64,000 bases of DNA from Saccostrea cucullata. Its lineage: Eukaryota. This document shows, piece by piece, positions 62,845 through 64,000 of this stretch. Numbering within the stretch: the stretch's first letter is position 1; each line of letters starts with the position of its first letter. Both the position numbers and the translations under genes were made by a program. The notes under the pieces were generated by a model that was not told where the DNA came from, searched no databases, and saw only the letters and a list, made by a program, of their open reading frames with translations. The DNA is taken from NCBI RefSeq assembly GCF_032062105.1, contig NW_026927584.1, positions 124,001 through 188,000 of the forward strand. Direction: 5' to 3'.

Positions 62845-64000
62845 AAGTTCTTGTTTTCAAATGAAAGGTCTTGTCACAAGGATTAAATGTGTAAAGTATG
62901 GAAGCACCAGCCCTAACCCTTTAAAAGTTATGGTCAAGGATTGCTTTTTTAAAGTAGGTCAAACTTAAAGGTTATTAAAGTCAAAGGGTCAAAATGCTTG
63001 GTATCCAATGAAAGATCTTCTCACAAGGATTACATATATGAGGTATGAAAGCCCTGTCCCTTACCATTCAAAAGTTATAGCCAAGGCTAAAGTTTTTTTC
63101 ACAGGTACGGAAATATACAAGGTCAAAGGGTCAAGGTTCCAGGTATTCAATGAAAGGTTTTTTGACAAAAAATACATATGTGAAGTATAAATGTCCTGGT
63201 ATCTACTGTTAAAAAAATATGGCCAAAGTAAAAGTTAAAAATTTTCATGTAAAAGTGGGTCAAACTTCAAGGTCAAAAGGTCACATTTGGTGGTACCCAA
63301 AGAAAGGTCTTGTCACAAGAAATACACGTGAAATATGAAAGTCATGGCTCTACCAAATCAAAGTTATGGGCAAGGTTAAAGTTTTTGCGGACAAACAGAC
63401 AGATGGACATGACAAATACTATATACCCCCAAAACTTCGTAAAAAACTTTAACATTGGAAATAACTTTTGAATTGCAAGGGGTAGAGCTTTCATACTTCA
63501 CACATGTAATCTTTATGAGAAGACCCTTCACTGGATACCAAGAGCTTTGACTTTGACCTTGGAGTTTGACCTGCTTTAAAAAAACAAACCTTGACAAAAT
63601 ATATTAAAGGGTACGAGCTATTGCTTTCATACTTTAGTTTTTTAATCCTTGTGACAAGACCTATCATTTGATACCTAGACCTTTGACCTTGACCTCAGAG
63701 TTTGACTTACTTTTTAAAAAAATGTAACCAAAATTTTTAAACGGTTAGGGCTAGAGCTTCAATACTTCACATGTATTCTTTGTGGCAGGATCATTTATTG
63801 GATACCAATAACTTTGACCTTTTGACCTTGGAGATTTCCGGACTTGTGAAAAAACTTGAACCTTAGCAATAACTTATAAATGGTAATAGGGCTAGGGCTT
63901 CCATACTTCACATATATATTTTCTGTGGCAAGTCCTTTTATTGGATACCAAAACCTTGACCTTTTGACCTTGACATTCCAGGACTTATGAAAAAACATTA
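62165..64000. mobile_element. Cluster of HINE-like satellite-bearing elements in both orientations (reverse 62165-62540, forward ~62690-63440, reverse ~63440-64000)
   Basis: ~130-150 bp units containing 'caaggtcaaaggtcaag..aaggtcttgtcacaag', an acag/acgg tract and a terminal 'tataccccc.aaacttcg'. Confidence 0.6.
62199..62365. mobile_element. pogo/mariner-type MITE nested in a HINE-like element
   Basis: TIRs 'cagcaaaactc' / 'gagttttgctg' with a TA TSD. Confidence 0.65.

Overview
AT-rich, intron-containing eukaryotic genomic DNA. The repeat types suggest a bivalve mollusc, probably an oyster (inference). The ORF track only shows exon fragments, so gene models were spliced by hand at GT-AG sites. 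The main feature is a head-to-tail, minus-strand array of seven spliced paralogues (G1-G7, 4579-53803). Each encodes a MIEAP/SPATA18 (mitochondria-eating protein)-like C-terminal domain with motifs R|LS..DLSDxNRP..F.ELYD.EW, (A/C)Y.FC, C..l.W...iQ.PPM and G..V...VWP.l.L...Gp.l.KG.V. All seven share the same four core exons and intron phases. G3-G7 reconstruct as intact 349-534 aa ORFs with two extra N-terminal helical-module exons. G1 and G2 have unresolved 5' ends and repeat-containing C-terminal tails. Introns and intergenic DNA are rich in non-autonomous transposons: Helentron/HINE-like satellite-bearing elements, a nested 4.2-kb long-TIR element containing an IS3EU-like foldback, Kolobok-, mariner- and hAT5-like MITEs, Crypton-like pieces, a tRNA-SINE and decayed Tc1-like remnants. 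No rRNA, tRNA or CRISPR array was found. Family assignments are from motif recognition, not database searches.
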